A stretch of 64,000 bases of DNA from Candidatus Latescibacterota bacterium (GCA_965116885.1 OZ220741.1:992001-1056000); one strand, 5' to 3'. Positions 31,401-41,058 are shown, counted from the stretch's first letter. Notes: a model not told the origin generated them from the letters alone. A program made the numbers and translations.

Positions 31401-33334
31401 TACAGAACATGAACCCCGGGCCGTCGGGTATCTGCGGTGAGAGTTTTTGCCACATGACCAGAGAAGTTACCAGCCTGATCCTTTGTCCTCACGCGGGCGC
31501 GAATTCCCACGTAATCCGGCTCAAACTTGGTGGAATTCTTCTTTATTTCCACACCATCTCTCGTGTGACCATCAGCCGTTGCCTGGGTTTTAATTGTCCC
31601 TTCATTCAGCGTCAAAGAGGTGCGCAATGCATCGCCAGCCGCGGCACTGATCTGAGCTTGCGTAAAGTTCGCTGTCTTCAGTGTTGCAGCTTTTGCATTT
31701 CCAGATGCATCATCATTGCCAAGGGTCTGAATCTGAATCTGCATACCACCATCTCTGATGAAACGCTGCTGAGCAGTAATGGGCACTTCGACCTTAAGCA
31801 CATCGCCTATCATTGCCTCAGCACCCGATGCATCATCATCACTATTATTGAGGGTAATATTAAGCTCGGAGGCTTCGTTGTCGGGAGCCAGAAGGTCAAT
31901 TTTTATGAGCTTCCCATCACCCACGGATTGATCTGCACCAGGGGTTGCAGGATTGCTGAAAACCTTTTTCTTCGTGTCATTGCTATTGAGCCTGTATGTA
32001 TTGGCTCCTACAGTAAATACAGCAGAAGCATACACACCCATACGCTGACCCTTGATAGTACTACCAGCCTGTGGATGGGCATCTGCGGGGGTGGGAGTAG
32101 TTGCACTACCATCCGTTTCTTCGCCTGCAAGTACACCTAAGGCTACCGAAGGAGCAAGGATAGGTACGGCGGCACCGTCGTTGGCAGCGTTGTTATCCGT
32201 TTTCACCAGTTCAATCTGAAATGAGAGCTTGTCTGTTGGCTCGTCATAGGTAATCACACTGTTTTTGGCGACTGGCGCAGTAGCATTCGCCACACCTGCA
32301 ACAGCCTTGGTAAAGACGATATTCCCATCCTCGTCAGCAAAGCTACCCGCTGTCACAGTAATAATATCGTGATCGGCGGGCGTGGTGGTAGCGGTATCGC
32401 GCAATGAAATCGCAATGCTCTGGAAATCTGTCCAGGGATACGATTGCGTCTTATCGAGGCGTATCACATCAACCTTGACTTTTTTCGCGCCAAACCCTAT
32501 CCAGGCACCATCTCCCGGGGCGGTAATGACAACGCGAAAACCCTCAACATCCTGAGCAGTACGCGATATGATGGGAATACTTATCATATCCGAGCGATAG
32601 TTATCCGCACTGGCGGTTACCTCAACCGTGCCTGCTTCAGCAGCATTCGCAACTGGGAGGGACAACGTGCCCGTGTTATCTTTTGCAGCATCCGCTATTT
32701 CAATGCTAACGGTTATATTGTCAGCAGCATCATCACTAACAACAGCGACGGCAGTCACCGTTACCGTATTGCCAGTACCCGGTGCCTCAGGTATTGCCGC
32801 TTTCAAAGTTACATCCTGAGCCGCATCCGCACCCGCGGTGAAAGCGGGCGGCGTGACAGTGAGCGTTATATCACCTGTGGCATCATCATTGTCGCGGATT
32901 GGGAGCATCACCGGATCACCAACATTGGTGTAAGGGTTAACCCCCCCCGAAGGCGGCGTCACGGTCAGCGTCCCCTCGTGAATATATGTCTCATCATCGG
33001 CAATATGTATCGTGGCAGTGCCTGTGGTTGCCCCAGCTATTACCTCGACAGGAACAGTTGCAGCTGGCACAACAGGGTCTGCGGTAGGATCCAAAGTGAC
33101 AGTAAAGCCTGTGGTGGTAGCTAAATCCACAGTTACCGTCACCGTTCCGGTAGCCTCGGCGACCATCGGATCCAGTGTAACAGTCACAACCACGCTACTA
33201 CCTTCTCTCACGTAGTTGTCTCTGCTGAGAGAAACTTCTAAGGTGTTTGCGTCTTGAGCAAAACTATCTGGCACCCCAAAGCCCAACACGAGCAATAGAG
33301 ACGCCAAAAAGCCAATTGTTTTGTGAAAATTCAT
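28487..33334 (-). CDS. Secreted protein A (1615 aa): Calx-beta/Ig-like domains, dockerin-like, cohesin, T9SS/FlgD-type CTD; S-layer/adhesin-like
   Basis: AGGAGGT RBS before ATG 33334; signal peptide; IHIADD and IRDNDD Calx-beta-like ends; ADVNDDGMVNIDDYLIF; QNFPNPFNP..KLMLLK. Confidence 0.82.
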   Translation of the reverse strand: MNFHKTIGFLASLLLVLGFGVPDSFAQDANTLEVSLSRDNYVREGSSVVVTVTLDPMVAEATGTVTVTVDLATTTGFTVTLDPTADPVVPAATVPVEVIAGATTGTATIHIADDETYIHEGTLTVTPPSGGVNPYTNVGDPVMLPIRDNDDATGDITLTVTPPAFTAGADAAQDVTLKAAIPEAPGTGNTVTVTAVAVVSDDAADNITVSIEIADAAKDNTGTLSLPVANAAEAGTVEVTASADNYRSDMISIPIISRTAQDVEGFRVVITAPGDGAWIGFGAKKVKVDVIRLDKTQSYPWTDFQSIAISLRDTATTTPADHDIITVTAGSFADEDGNIVFTKAVAGVANATAPVAKNSVITYDEPTDKLSFQIELVKTDNNAANDGAAVPILAPSVALGVLAGEETDGSATTPTPADAHPQAGSTIKGQRMGVYASAVFTVGANTYRLNSNDTKKKVFSNPATPGADQSVGDGKLIKIDLLAPDNEASELNITLNNSDDDASGAEAMIGDVLKVEVPITAQQRFIRDGGMQIQIQTLGNDDASGNAKAATLKTANFTQAQISAAAGDALRTSLTLNEGTIKTQATADGHTRDGVEIKKNSTKFEPDYVGIRARVRTKDQAGNFSGHVAKTLTADTRRPGVHVLYPAAGDRITGDHADTNWDEFLNPLRIRLDEDVDSLYVYADGAENANDVDEISDAAIVLWTPDDDRNLDLSEIVARHGATSVGDTIIYNTVGLKFRKASNNKLTATGQGGTKINLVVVATDQVGNKTKVVIDNVVHDQKPPTISDWFPRNDLLEDDDNKINDATRHPVVTLKEAVDSLSVTYDPSSGSDIVEEMGNLAKGEHQILVSEAFDATKTYTLTIFARDLAGNAFETPSAASADFVFDAQFDNPKANMFTIRNFDPTDMAEDAASDSVVAGQAFHLRLKAWDNNGTPDNDDDDRPALTYKNRDENNMLAEEVRISAWDADGAASSVMFHGGGVTDNGDGSATLAAGDWKLGERTVFAKSNKTMDGLKIMVEHRNAGMGGTSVAAFSGAIEDLTVDAADFNKFEITAWEDGVDGPASEVWGDFALRVIPVDRHGNPSVKAYRAAPAKAAAGASDSLNILDTRVNVKVDGVTNGFNYKNGFDITLRSLPDISLPPFEWTIEVAGETFPVTAPSNAKQVSIQVRVDNTSLDADDTRSQNIKSTAMFAVRAPLDLSLTLWVPGQDGDQAGNTVMIPAGGSVNVTVRAEGLNEGDTVTFTSALGSVDVTADADGYAPLTVPLSGSGTASVTATSGQYSASLDVVYEELAGRRSYVDSNGDPVYLISDADMVVNTNDYLALLAAWGSSEGDANYNVQADVNDDGMVNIDDYLIFIASWGREAVGPATKPLVLLPGINENAEFSLSLGSERVVAGELMAVDVSLANVAALMGYGFTLNYETDKFEFVSVAPADEDLLTSTGGESKLFHHMVADGQVEVVNGVIHGTAVSGDGDVVRFVFRVLREFEDNARFEIANGLVFDPSQLQNPAVVAGVLELQSTPREFALHQNFPNPFNPDTTIKYDLAESADVTLQIYNVLGQVVRTLVASEAQNAGRYQIRWNGMDDRGVPVSSGIYFYQIAADGKFSDVRKLMLLK

Positions 33335-33835
33335 CCTTCGACCTCCTAAAAAAAAGTCAGGATCGAGTAAATGATTGTTTACGAACGTTTTAATTCTACT
33401 GCGAAACTGCATCCCCTCGCGCTGTTCATCGCGCTGTTTAAGACCGGACCCCAGAACAGGGTGAGAGCCGCGACCTTTGCGACTTAGCGGAGAAGCACTA
33501 CCGTATTCCAAATTTATATCCCTCCCTTCAACAGACTTGTTTTCATATATCTTAATTCCTTTCAATACAACAAGTTACGAACAACTATGAATTAACCATT
33601 TTATTCAAGTACCTCCTTCCAAAAACAGCCTAACACACACCAATGCAACATCCTTACAATAGCGTTCAGGAGTAATGCGTTAGGAGAAATCAACACCCCT
33701 TCTGTTTTGTTTGATGTTTGGTTCATGGGAACTGCTCCACATTAATATATGACGGGCTAATTATATGCAATCAAAAACATAGTGTCAAGCGTTTTTTCTT
33801 CGGTAATGATATGATAATAAAAAAGAAAGGCAAAG

Positions 33836-34170
33836 GCAATCAGAATCAGGATTTACAGGATTAAAGGATGGGCAGGATAAAGGCAAAAGCAAAGGCAAAG
33901 GCGAAAGGCATCCGCAGATGACGCAGATAACGCAGATGAAAAGGCAAATACAATCAGAATCAGGATAAAAGCAAAACCAACGGCAACACCTCTGGATCGC
34001 GGGTAACACCACCCCGCGATGACGGGAACCTGTCCCATAGAGGCCTTGTTCCTATGTAATATAATATAAGGAATATAAGGGAAGAACAAAAGCAAATAGG
34101 ATCAGGATGGGCAGGATAAGAGGATGGACAGGATGAAAGGCAAAGGCAAAAGGCAGAGGCAAAAGATAAA
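33836..34170. repeat. Dense low-complexity repeat patch (AGGAT, AAAGGC, CGCAGAT units and CTGGATCGCGG hairpin)
   Basis: Multiple caggat/aaaggc units; ccgcagatgacgcagataacgcagatg; cctctggatcgcgggtaacaccaccccgcgatgac. Confidence 0.8.
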
Positions 34171-34172
34171 AA

Positions 34173-35798
34173 TCAAAAGTCTATGAAGCGGATACCAAGA
34201 TCAGACGGGGGTTTTGGCGCATTGGGATTGACGCGCGCCATGATCTGTTGATCCAAAATGTCAGTGATGATCGGATTGTACGCCTCCCATTGACGGATCG
34301 GCGCATCATTCTCGTCGCGGCGCCAGATCTGGATATCGCCGAATTGCTTCTCCACTGTATAGCCGAGAATGGGATTGGCGAGACTGGTAGCCGCCGACAC
34401 AATATGGCTGACCGAGGTTGAAATCACCGCCGTATTATTTATCGCACGCCCTGTAAACGCATCGTAAAACGGTATCTCCCGGTGCAAATAATAATAGCCG
34501 GGGAGATTATAATAGCGTCTATCAACCTGCCACACACCCTGAACACCGGGCGTGCGGGCGAGGTAGCGATACGCGGCAAAAATCGGATCCTGATCGCGGA
34601 TGAAGGCGAATTTACCTATCTCTTTGGAAAAAGCGCGATACACCTGAGCCTGAGAAGGCAGTGCGTTTAGAATACCGCATAGTGAAATTGCCGCGAACAA
34701 AACCCCCACCAATCCCCAAACGCGCACATGCCCACCAAATCGCGCCACCACATCTGCACCAACCAAAAGCCACAGCGGAACAACCGCAAAAACGAACCGA
34801 TACTCCTTGTGCGCCTGCACAGAATGCATGAGCAACACCAGAGCGACCATCGCCAAAACAAACCCGTAACGCCGCACATCGCGCAGTGCGACAACCATAC
34901 ACAGCGCACCCAACCCGACACTCGCGAGCAAAAGCCACCATAAAAACTGGTATCCCGGGGTCTCGCCAGTACGGTCATGTGCGAGATTGAAACGGATATT
35001 CGTAATATAGGAATGAAACAAACCGCCATCCCACGTCATCGCATCGAACACACCCACCGCCAGCAGAAACACACCCGCTGCCAGCGCGAGATGAACCTTC
35101 TTCTCCGTCCTGAAAAAAAACACACCCAACAGCAACAACGCGATTGGCGCGTACTGCACGCGTATCGCCGCCACCAGCACCGCCACCAGCGCCATCAGCC
35201 ACACCGTCCTTCTCCTATCCACCGACGACCGCACACACAGCACCAGCAACGCCATCAACAGAGCCGTCGCCACAAACTCCGTCATCGGCTTGTGGGCAAA
35301 CCCCGCCAACTCATACCAGAACGCACCTGCTACCAGCGCCACCCGCGCCGATAGCTCCCCAAAATGCCGCCGCGCAAAAAAATACATCCCCACTGGAATC
35401 AGCAGAGAAATTGCACAAAATATCAGCTTGACGCCGCCCACATACCAGAACGGCTCACCGAGTCCCATTAGATCAAACACCTTCAACACCCCGGCAACCA
35501 GACCGGGCACCAGCCATGAACGCGCCCCGTAAAAAAACTCCCAATACGTAACCCCATTCCCAAAAACCAGGCGATGCGCCGGCTCCAAATACTGCATCAC
35601 TTCATCAGGATGCAAAACAAAATCGCCACCCAGCGCAATCGCCGCGCGCACAGCGAACGCCAGCGCGAGCACCGGCAACAAAAACTTCCACGGACGCTCA
35701 TCGGACGCCTGCAAATGCAACAAAGCACCTACCACAGAGACAGGCGACCTCTGCCCTCTCTCCCGGCGCGTCCTCCTTGTCTTCCTTCTCTTCGCCAT
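34173..35798 (-). CDS. GT22 (PIG-B/Alg9-like) membrane mannosyltransferase
   Basis: PDEVMQYLEPAHRLVFG.G..YWEF..GARSW and AHKEYRF match PIG-B family motifs; multi-TM. Confidence 0.85.
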   Translation of the reverse strand: MAKRRKTRRTRRERGQRSPVSVVGALLHLQASDERPWKFLLPVLALAFAVRAAIALGGDFVLHPDEVMQYLEPAHRLVFGNGVTYWEFFYGARSWLVPGLVAGVLKVFDLMGLGEPFWYVGGVKLIFCAISLLIPVGMYFFARRHFGELSARVALVAGAFWYELAGFAHKPMTEFVATALLMALLVLCVRSSVDRRRTVWLMALVAVLVAAIRVQYAPIALLLLGVFFFRTEKKVHLALAAGVFLLAVGVFDAMTWDGGLFHSYITNIRFNLAHDRTGETPGYQFLWWLLLASVGLGALCMVVALRDVRRYGFVLAMVALVLLMHSVQAHKEYRFVFAVVPLWLLVGADVVARFGGHVRVWGLVGVLFAAISLCGILNALPSQAQVYRAFSKEIGKFAFIRDQDPIFAAYRYLARTPGVQGVWQVDRRYYNLPGYYYLHREIPFYDAFTGRAINNTAVISTSVSHIVSAATSLANPILGYTVEKQFGDIQIWRRDENDAPIRQWEAYNPIITDILDQQIMARVNPNAPKPPSDLGIRFIDF

Positions 35799-35858
35799 TC
35801 CTGCCCTACTCTCCAATAAACGTTCAATGCGGTAAACACGTATGCTATTTGCCAACAG

Positions 35859-37691
35859 CTATTCTTTTCGGCGCAAGATATGTACACCCCACTCCCTGGG
35901 CAAGGGTGTAAAAGCGTGCATATTCAACTCGGGCCGCTGTGTCGGATAACGATGAACATCCGGTTCCGCGGCTACGACATAGTGCGCCTTGACCAGTTCC
36001 CAGTAATCTTCCTTTAATGTGCCAAAAACCACGATCCAGTCAGGGAGATACTCTCCAACCCAGATGTAGGGCGCATCCAGAGCCTCGATTCTGGCACGCG
36101 GCAAAGGCGAATCCTCGTCGAGCACGTAACAGAACAACACATGGTGACCCGTCGTAAAGATCAGTGCCTCCCGGTCGGCAAAACCCGACACGTACACCAG
36201 ATCGTCCTGCTCGGCATGAGTCAGCAAATAGTCGGAAACCACCCGAATGGAATCGCGGTATGGCCGATGCACTTCACGGACAAACTCAAAAAAGTGAAAA
36301 CCAAGCGTGCGCTCGCCAGTAAACAGCATGGTCATGTTAAACGGATAAGCCCCGGCACTGGTGAACAGCAGAATGCCAAGTGCAACCACACCGGCGATAA
36401 CGTGCCGACGCCATACCCATTCCACAAACAGCCCCTTCATCGCCAACAGCAACGGCAAAGCCCCTACGTAATAACGCAAATCGGCAAACGGGTGCGCCCA
36501 TACTGCCTGGCTCGACAGTGCTGCCGAAAACAACGCGAACAATGTACCCATCAAGATGATCTTTCCCGCAGCCACCAGCGGCAAGTCGTTTCCGAGGATC
36601 TTTTCAGTAATACCTGCACCAGTGTCTGTTCGCTGTCGCCTTGCCTGTCGCGATACCCTGGCCGCCCGCTTCCGTCGGACCTGATAGGCGAGCACTATCA
36701 TACCTGTAAACCACAAAAATACCGGCCATGAAATCCAATCAGCAGTGAACAAATCCCGGATATATATCCAGATTCTCAACAGCAACAAAGGCATTGCACC
36801 TCGATATTCCCCCAGGTTCGTAACGCCCGTGAAAGCGAGAAACCCGCTGCGCTCACCGCCGATAACGCCCAGCCAATAGAGGTACCCGGCTCCCACCGCA
36901 ACTACAGCCACACCGCAGATAGCGAACAACACCCACTCTCGCAGTGCAGTCATACGAGCGCGAAAAAGCAAATGATACGTCCCCAGCGAAAGCATTGTCG
37001 CCGCCCCACCAGCGTAGTGGTTAAAAAACGACAATGCCGCCACCGCCGCAATAGCAGGCAGGTACGCCAGACGTCGGCTCTGCCAGTAACACTCGTACAA
37101 ATAAAAAATAAGTATCAGCGCGAGCACCATCACCGAAAAGTAGCGAGACTGGCGGAAATACAACAACAACTGCGCCGACCAGGCAGCGAATAAAAAAATA
37201 AAGAACATCAACCGCGGGTAGTTCGACAGGTACTGGCGCAACAGCAGATAGAACACGCCGAGAGCGACGACACCTATGACAGCATGTACAATGCGCGCGC
37301 CTATCTCGTTAATGCCGAACACCGCGAACCCGGCAGCATTCAGCACATACATCAGCGGCGGCCAGGGATCGCGCAGATCATCATTGAGCGAGCGTCCATT
37401 CGTGCCGCAGACCAGATTGCGCCCATCCCAACCGAGAATATCGCCCTGCTGCAGCAAATTTTTGCCTATAAAGGCGGGAGGCGCCTCGTCGTGCCACAGC
37501 GCGGCGTAATCCAGATTGACCAGGCACAAGTACGCCGCGACCAGCAGCACGCCTATGGACGCCGCAGTATATGGCGCGGCGCGCAAACGGTCTGATAGTG
37601 ATACAAGTCTTGTCAATATATTCTCCTCATCCACCTGAATACCAGACGGACCGCATCGTAGCGCAGTTGTTCCATTCAACCTACCGCTCAT
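35859..37691 (-). CDS. GT-C glycosyltransferase (PMT_2/ArnT-like)
   Basis: LWHDEA after TM1, PPLMY, G.NEIGAR, QSRYFS; ATGA overlap with upstream gene. Confidence 0.8.
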   Translation of the reverse strand: MSGRLNGTTALRCGPSGIQVDEENILTRLVSLSDRLRAAPYTAASIGVLLVAAYLCLVNLDYAALWHDEAPPAFIGKNLLQQGDILGWDGRNLVCGTNGRSLNDDLRDPWPPLMYVLNAAGFAVFGINEIGARIVHAVIGVVALGVFYLLLRQYLSNYPRLMFFIFLFAAWSAQLLLYFRQSRYFSVMVLALILIFYLYECYWQSRRLAYLPAIAAVAALSFFNHYAGGAATMLSLGTYHLLFRARMTALREWVLFAICGVAVVAVGAGYLYWLGVIGGERSGFLAFTGVTNLGEYRGAMPLLLLRIWIYIRDLFTADWISWPVFLWFTGMIVLAYQVRRKRAARVSRQARRQRTDTGAGITEKILGNDLPLVAAGKIILMGTLFALFSAALSSQAVWAHPFADLRYYVGALPLLLAMKGLFVEWVWRRHVIAGVVALGILLFTSAGAYPFNMTMLFTGERTLGFHFFEFVREVHRPYRDSIRVVSDYLLTHAEQDDLVYVSGFADREALIFTTGHHVLFCYVLDEDSPLPRARIEALDAPYIWVGEYLPDWIVVFGTLKEDYWELVKAHYVVAAEPDVHRYPTQRPELNMHAFTPLPREWGVHILRRKE

Positions 37692-39580
37692 TCCCGCCAC
37701 ATAATCTCGGTAATAGCGAGACCGCCGCCGTTGAGATCGTCCTTACTCTGGTGCGGATTGGCAACGCGAAAGCGCACGCGCACATCGCCGGACAACTCCG
37801 ACAGCGGAGCGCATACATTCTTACTCGTCTTATTGTCCAGATCAAACGACTGCGGTGACACATCAGCGTAAGAGATAGCGACTTTCAGCGGATCCTCTGG
37901 CGGATGGAACGGCGCCAGGACAGAGAAGCACAGTGTTGCATCGCTATTTGCATCTACCAGCACACTTGAGCTTTGCCCGATACTCAGCGGACCGAGGTTG
38001 GTACCGACCCAACCCGCCTTGAACGCAGCAGAATCTTCCCCATCCTCAGACAGCTTCTGCAGTTCAAAAGGCGTATCGTCCAACGCGGCAATAGTATTTT
38101 TGCCCACAATATAAATATTTGCCTGTGGATAGTAATAAACGAATCGGTCATCCACGTACTGAAAGTATCGCTGAAACCCCGCCGAAAAGGTGATCACACG
38201 CTCAGCAGCATCAAAGTATTGGAACTTAGAATATTCGTGAGACAGGACATTGTGCGGCCGTACATCCGTCAGAACCAGTGACGCCACCGCCTCGTCCATA
38301 ATAAACTCGCCCATCGTGTTATCGACAATAAGCCCGTGGGTTATATCGGTAGCGTGGTCAACCGGCGCAATGTTATCCATATACGAAAAACTGAACCCAT
38401 CGCGTATGACATTCTCGCGGACATGGACATTACCCGTCAGCGTGGCAGTCAGAGAAACGCACAGAACCAACTGCAGCAGGGCGGACATCAGAATATGGCG
38501 TCGGTCCGAGTGTTTCCGCGCAACATCCGGCTGCGTCATCTCCCGCAGTAAGGCGGACACCAGAGGCCAGAACATCACCACCATCACCGGTGCCATCGTA
38601 TAGGGATAAAAGGTACCAGCCAGCGGGTCCTTCGCCATCAAGTGCCACAACACCCACGGCAGAACGGCAACAACTGCGACCAGAGGCAGCAGGCTCCGTT
38701 GCACAACAGCGAGCAGAGCCAGTGCCAACATCGGAATGTACACGTACTCGCGGTCGGACGCGATAAAAGCCAACCGTTCCAAAATTAGATCCACAGTCAG
38801 GTGCGCGTAAGGCGGCGAGCCGACAAACTTCCACACAATCGTGTCGTCGCTCGGAGAAAAGGATTGCCGCACCAGAAACGCCACAACGCTGTACCCAATA
38901 CAAATGAGAGACACCAGCCCGAAAAACCGCCAGATATCCCGTCGTTCCCGCACGCACCACCAGAAGTACGCGGCCAGCAGAATGAACAGACCGAACCCGT
39001 GCAACCCCGCGTCCTCCCGGACACTGAGCAGCCCGGCCAATGGCAAAAAGGGCAACCACCACAAACGCCGATATTCACGCAGACGTATCCAAACCGCGAT
39101 AAACAAGGCGATAAACGCGGGCATCGCCATCTCCACATGGGGAAAACTCGTCGATGTGAACACGAACGGATTAAGCCCTGTAGCGACAGATACAACCGCG
39201 AGCAACCAGCAATTCATCGCCCTGTAGCCAATCAAAAAAACCGCCAGACTGACCATCCCTGCCCAGGCACCCTGCACAATTGAAAAATAGACCTGCTCGG
39301 ACAAAAAAGATGAAAATATCTGGTAAATCCATGAAAGAGGAAAAAAGAAAAGAAACACATGACGCCCCAGCATCGGAACATCTTCTATACTGGGAATACC
39401 CGTGACCTTCGGCGTCAGAGCATGGGTTGCCAGATAGGCAAACCAGCCAGCATCGTAAAGCGGGGCACCGTGAACGTAAAAGAGGTGAAGCAATGAATTG
39501 GCAATGACCACCTGCGGCAAAACAAAACACACCGCCGCGAGCAAAGCAGTTCGATAGCCGAATCGATTAGTCAAGCACAC
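37688..39580 (-). CDS. GT-C-like multi-TM protein (DUF2079-like) with C-terminal extracytoplasmic domain
   Basis: YDAGWF, FPHVE, VREDAG motifs; many TM segments; in operon with other GT-C genes. Confidence 0.6.
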   Translation of the reverse strand: MCLTNRFGYRTALLAAVCFVLPQVVIANSLLHLFYVHGAPLYDAGWFAYLATHALTPKVTGIPSIEDVPMLGRHVFLFFFPLSWIYQIFSSFLSEQVYFSIVQGAWAGMVSLAVFLIGYRAMNCWLLAVVSVATGLNPFVFTSTSFPHVEMAMPAFIALFIAVWIRLREYRRLWWLPFLPLAGLLSVREDAGLHGFGLFILLAAYFWWCVRERRDIWRFFGLVSLICIGYSVVAFLVRQSFSPSDDTIVWKFVGSPPYAHLTVDLILERLAFIASDREYVYIPMLALALLAVVQRSLLPLVAVVAVLPWVLWHLMAKDPLAGTFYPYTMAPVMVVMFWPLVSALLREMTQPDVARKHSDRRHILMSALLQLVLCVSLTATLTGNVHVRENVIRDGFSFSYMDNIAPVDHATDITHGLIVDNTMGEFIMDEAVASLVLTDVRPHNVLSHEYSKFQYFDAAERVITFSAGFQRYFQYVDDRFVYYYPQANIYIVGKNTIAALDDTPFELQKLSEDGEDSAAFKAGWVGTNLGPLSIGQSSSVLVDANSDATLCFSVLAPFHPPEDPLKVAISYADVSPQSFDLDNKTSKNVCAPLSELSGDVRVRFRVANPHQSKDDLNGGGLAITEIMWRE

Positions 39581-39592
39581 ACCCCACCTCCA

Positions 39593-40822
39593 TCAGGCAA
39601 TCCAGAGGTTCAAGCTAAACTTGTGCAACAAATACAACTGCAAAGCAAACATCGCAGCACAAACCGCATAAATAAGCCATGACCGTTTGACATTTCTCGC
39701 CAGCGCCAACGCGAGGAACGGAATCGCAACCAAAAAGAAACGGGGAAAAGACACACCAATCCCCATTGCCGTCTGGCAATATATAAGCGGCAGATAAAAG
39801 CACAGCAAGCCCCACTCCTTATACAAAACAAAAATCAGAGCACACAGCATAGCAGCGACAACAAAAATCTTGTTAAACAAACTCTCTCTCGCACCAAACC
39901 AACTCGTGCTCTCACTGGAAAGATACGCAACAAAATGCCCCGGATTGATCAGATTGGATATGCTATTGACACCAAAGGTATCTTGCCCGGACACACCTGC
40001 CAGAGGATCTCCCGTAGTAAAACCAAAAAACGCCAAATACAACATTCCCCCAACCAAAAAAGCATAAAAACAACTCAAATAGTAATTCCAGTTGAAAGCA
40101 ACCGAATCCGCTATCGCACTTACATAAGCATCTTCTTTTCGCGCCCTTCGCCGCCTTTGACTCCGCGTCTCCGTTTTTCTCTTTCCCGATCTAAAATGCT
40201 CTACGAGCACATAAGCAAACAGACCAACAGCAAAAAACAATGCTGTTCCCCTCGTCAACGGCAACAATGCCGCATAGACCCACCTCTTTCTACTTTTCGT
40301 AACCAGAAGATGATAAACAAGTCCCAATTGCAGAAACAGAAACAACGCCTCTGTATAAAAAACCGAAATAAAAAAGGCAGTGGGAAATGCCAGCACAATC
40401 AGAACAGCCAGATAAGGCTTCTCACAGCCAAAATGTTCGCCCAGCTTGAACAAAAAATAACAAAATCCCGCAGTCAACAAATAACTCAGCAAAGCCGCCG
40501 CTACCATTCGCGGAACAACATAGCTCAGAATGTGAATTAACACGGGATACAATGGAAAAAAAGCGCGAGGACTATCTGGCGTCTCCTCGTAATTGTACCC
40601 CCAATCAGACAACAGCAAATAATACTGCCCATCCCAGTTGGCAAATGGAATATACCACGATGACACATCGTCCTGTCCGGTGTACCAGCGATTCCACAAA
40701 TTCGGTACATTGTCAAAATCTGAATAGGCATAAAAAGAAATCAATATTGCCGACACAATCAGCGTTTTGACGACCAATGCCATACCAACTGCATATTTTT
40801 CTTTCAGGGTGAATCTCAGCAT
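39593..40822 (-). CDS. GT76 (PIG-V/Gpi18-like) membrane mannosyltransferase
   Basis: WDGQYY..GY..AFFPLYP, AFF..FYTEALF, TRG..; multi-TM. Confidence 0.85.
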   Translation of the reverse strand: MLRFTLKEKYAVGMALVVKTLIVSAILISFYAYSDFDNVPNLWNRWYTGQDDVSSWYIPFANWDGQYYLLLSDWGYNYEETPDSPRAFFPLYPVLIHILSYVVPRMVAAALLSYLLTAGFCYFLFKLGEHFGCEKPYLAVLIVLAFPTAFFISVFYTEALFLFLQLGLVYHLLVTKSRKRWVYAALLPLTRGTALFFAVGLFAYVLVEHFRSGKRKTETRSQRRRRARKEDAYVSAIADSVAFNWNYYLSCFYAFLVGGMLYLAFFGFTTGDPLAGVSGQDTFGVNSISNLINPGHFVAYLSSESTSWFGARESLFNKIFVVAAMLCALIFVLYKEWGLLCFYLPLIYCQTAMGIGVSFPRFFLVAIPFLALALARNVKRSWLIYAVCAAMFALQLYLLHKFSLNLWIA

Positions 40823-41058
40823 TGCAACCTTTCTTTTTTGCAATAAAAAACAAACGCCTCACGGGTCGGCAAAAGACCTGGGAGGCACTTGAAGAAAGAT
40901 AGAACCTTCTGGATCGCGCGGGACGGCACGGGGGCCGTCCCCTACAACGGCAGGCCACGATGACACCTTAGAGGCAAAGGCGAACCTCTGGATCGCGGAT
41001 GACGCCACCCCGCGATGACGGTGATGGATTATTGGCGTCATGCGTCAGAACAACCGCG

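Noticed and set aside
33400..33510. c-di-GMP-I riboswitch suggested by GTCGCAAAG on the minus strand
   Set aside because: The GGCAAA..GAAA P2 element and tetraloop receptor could not be identified
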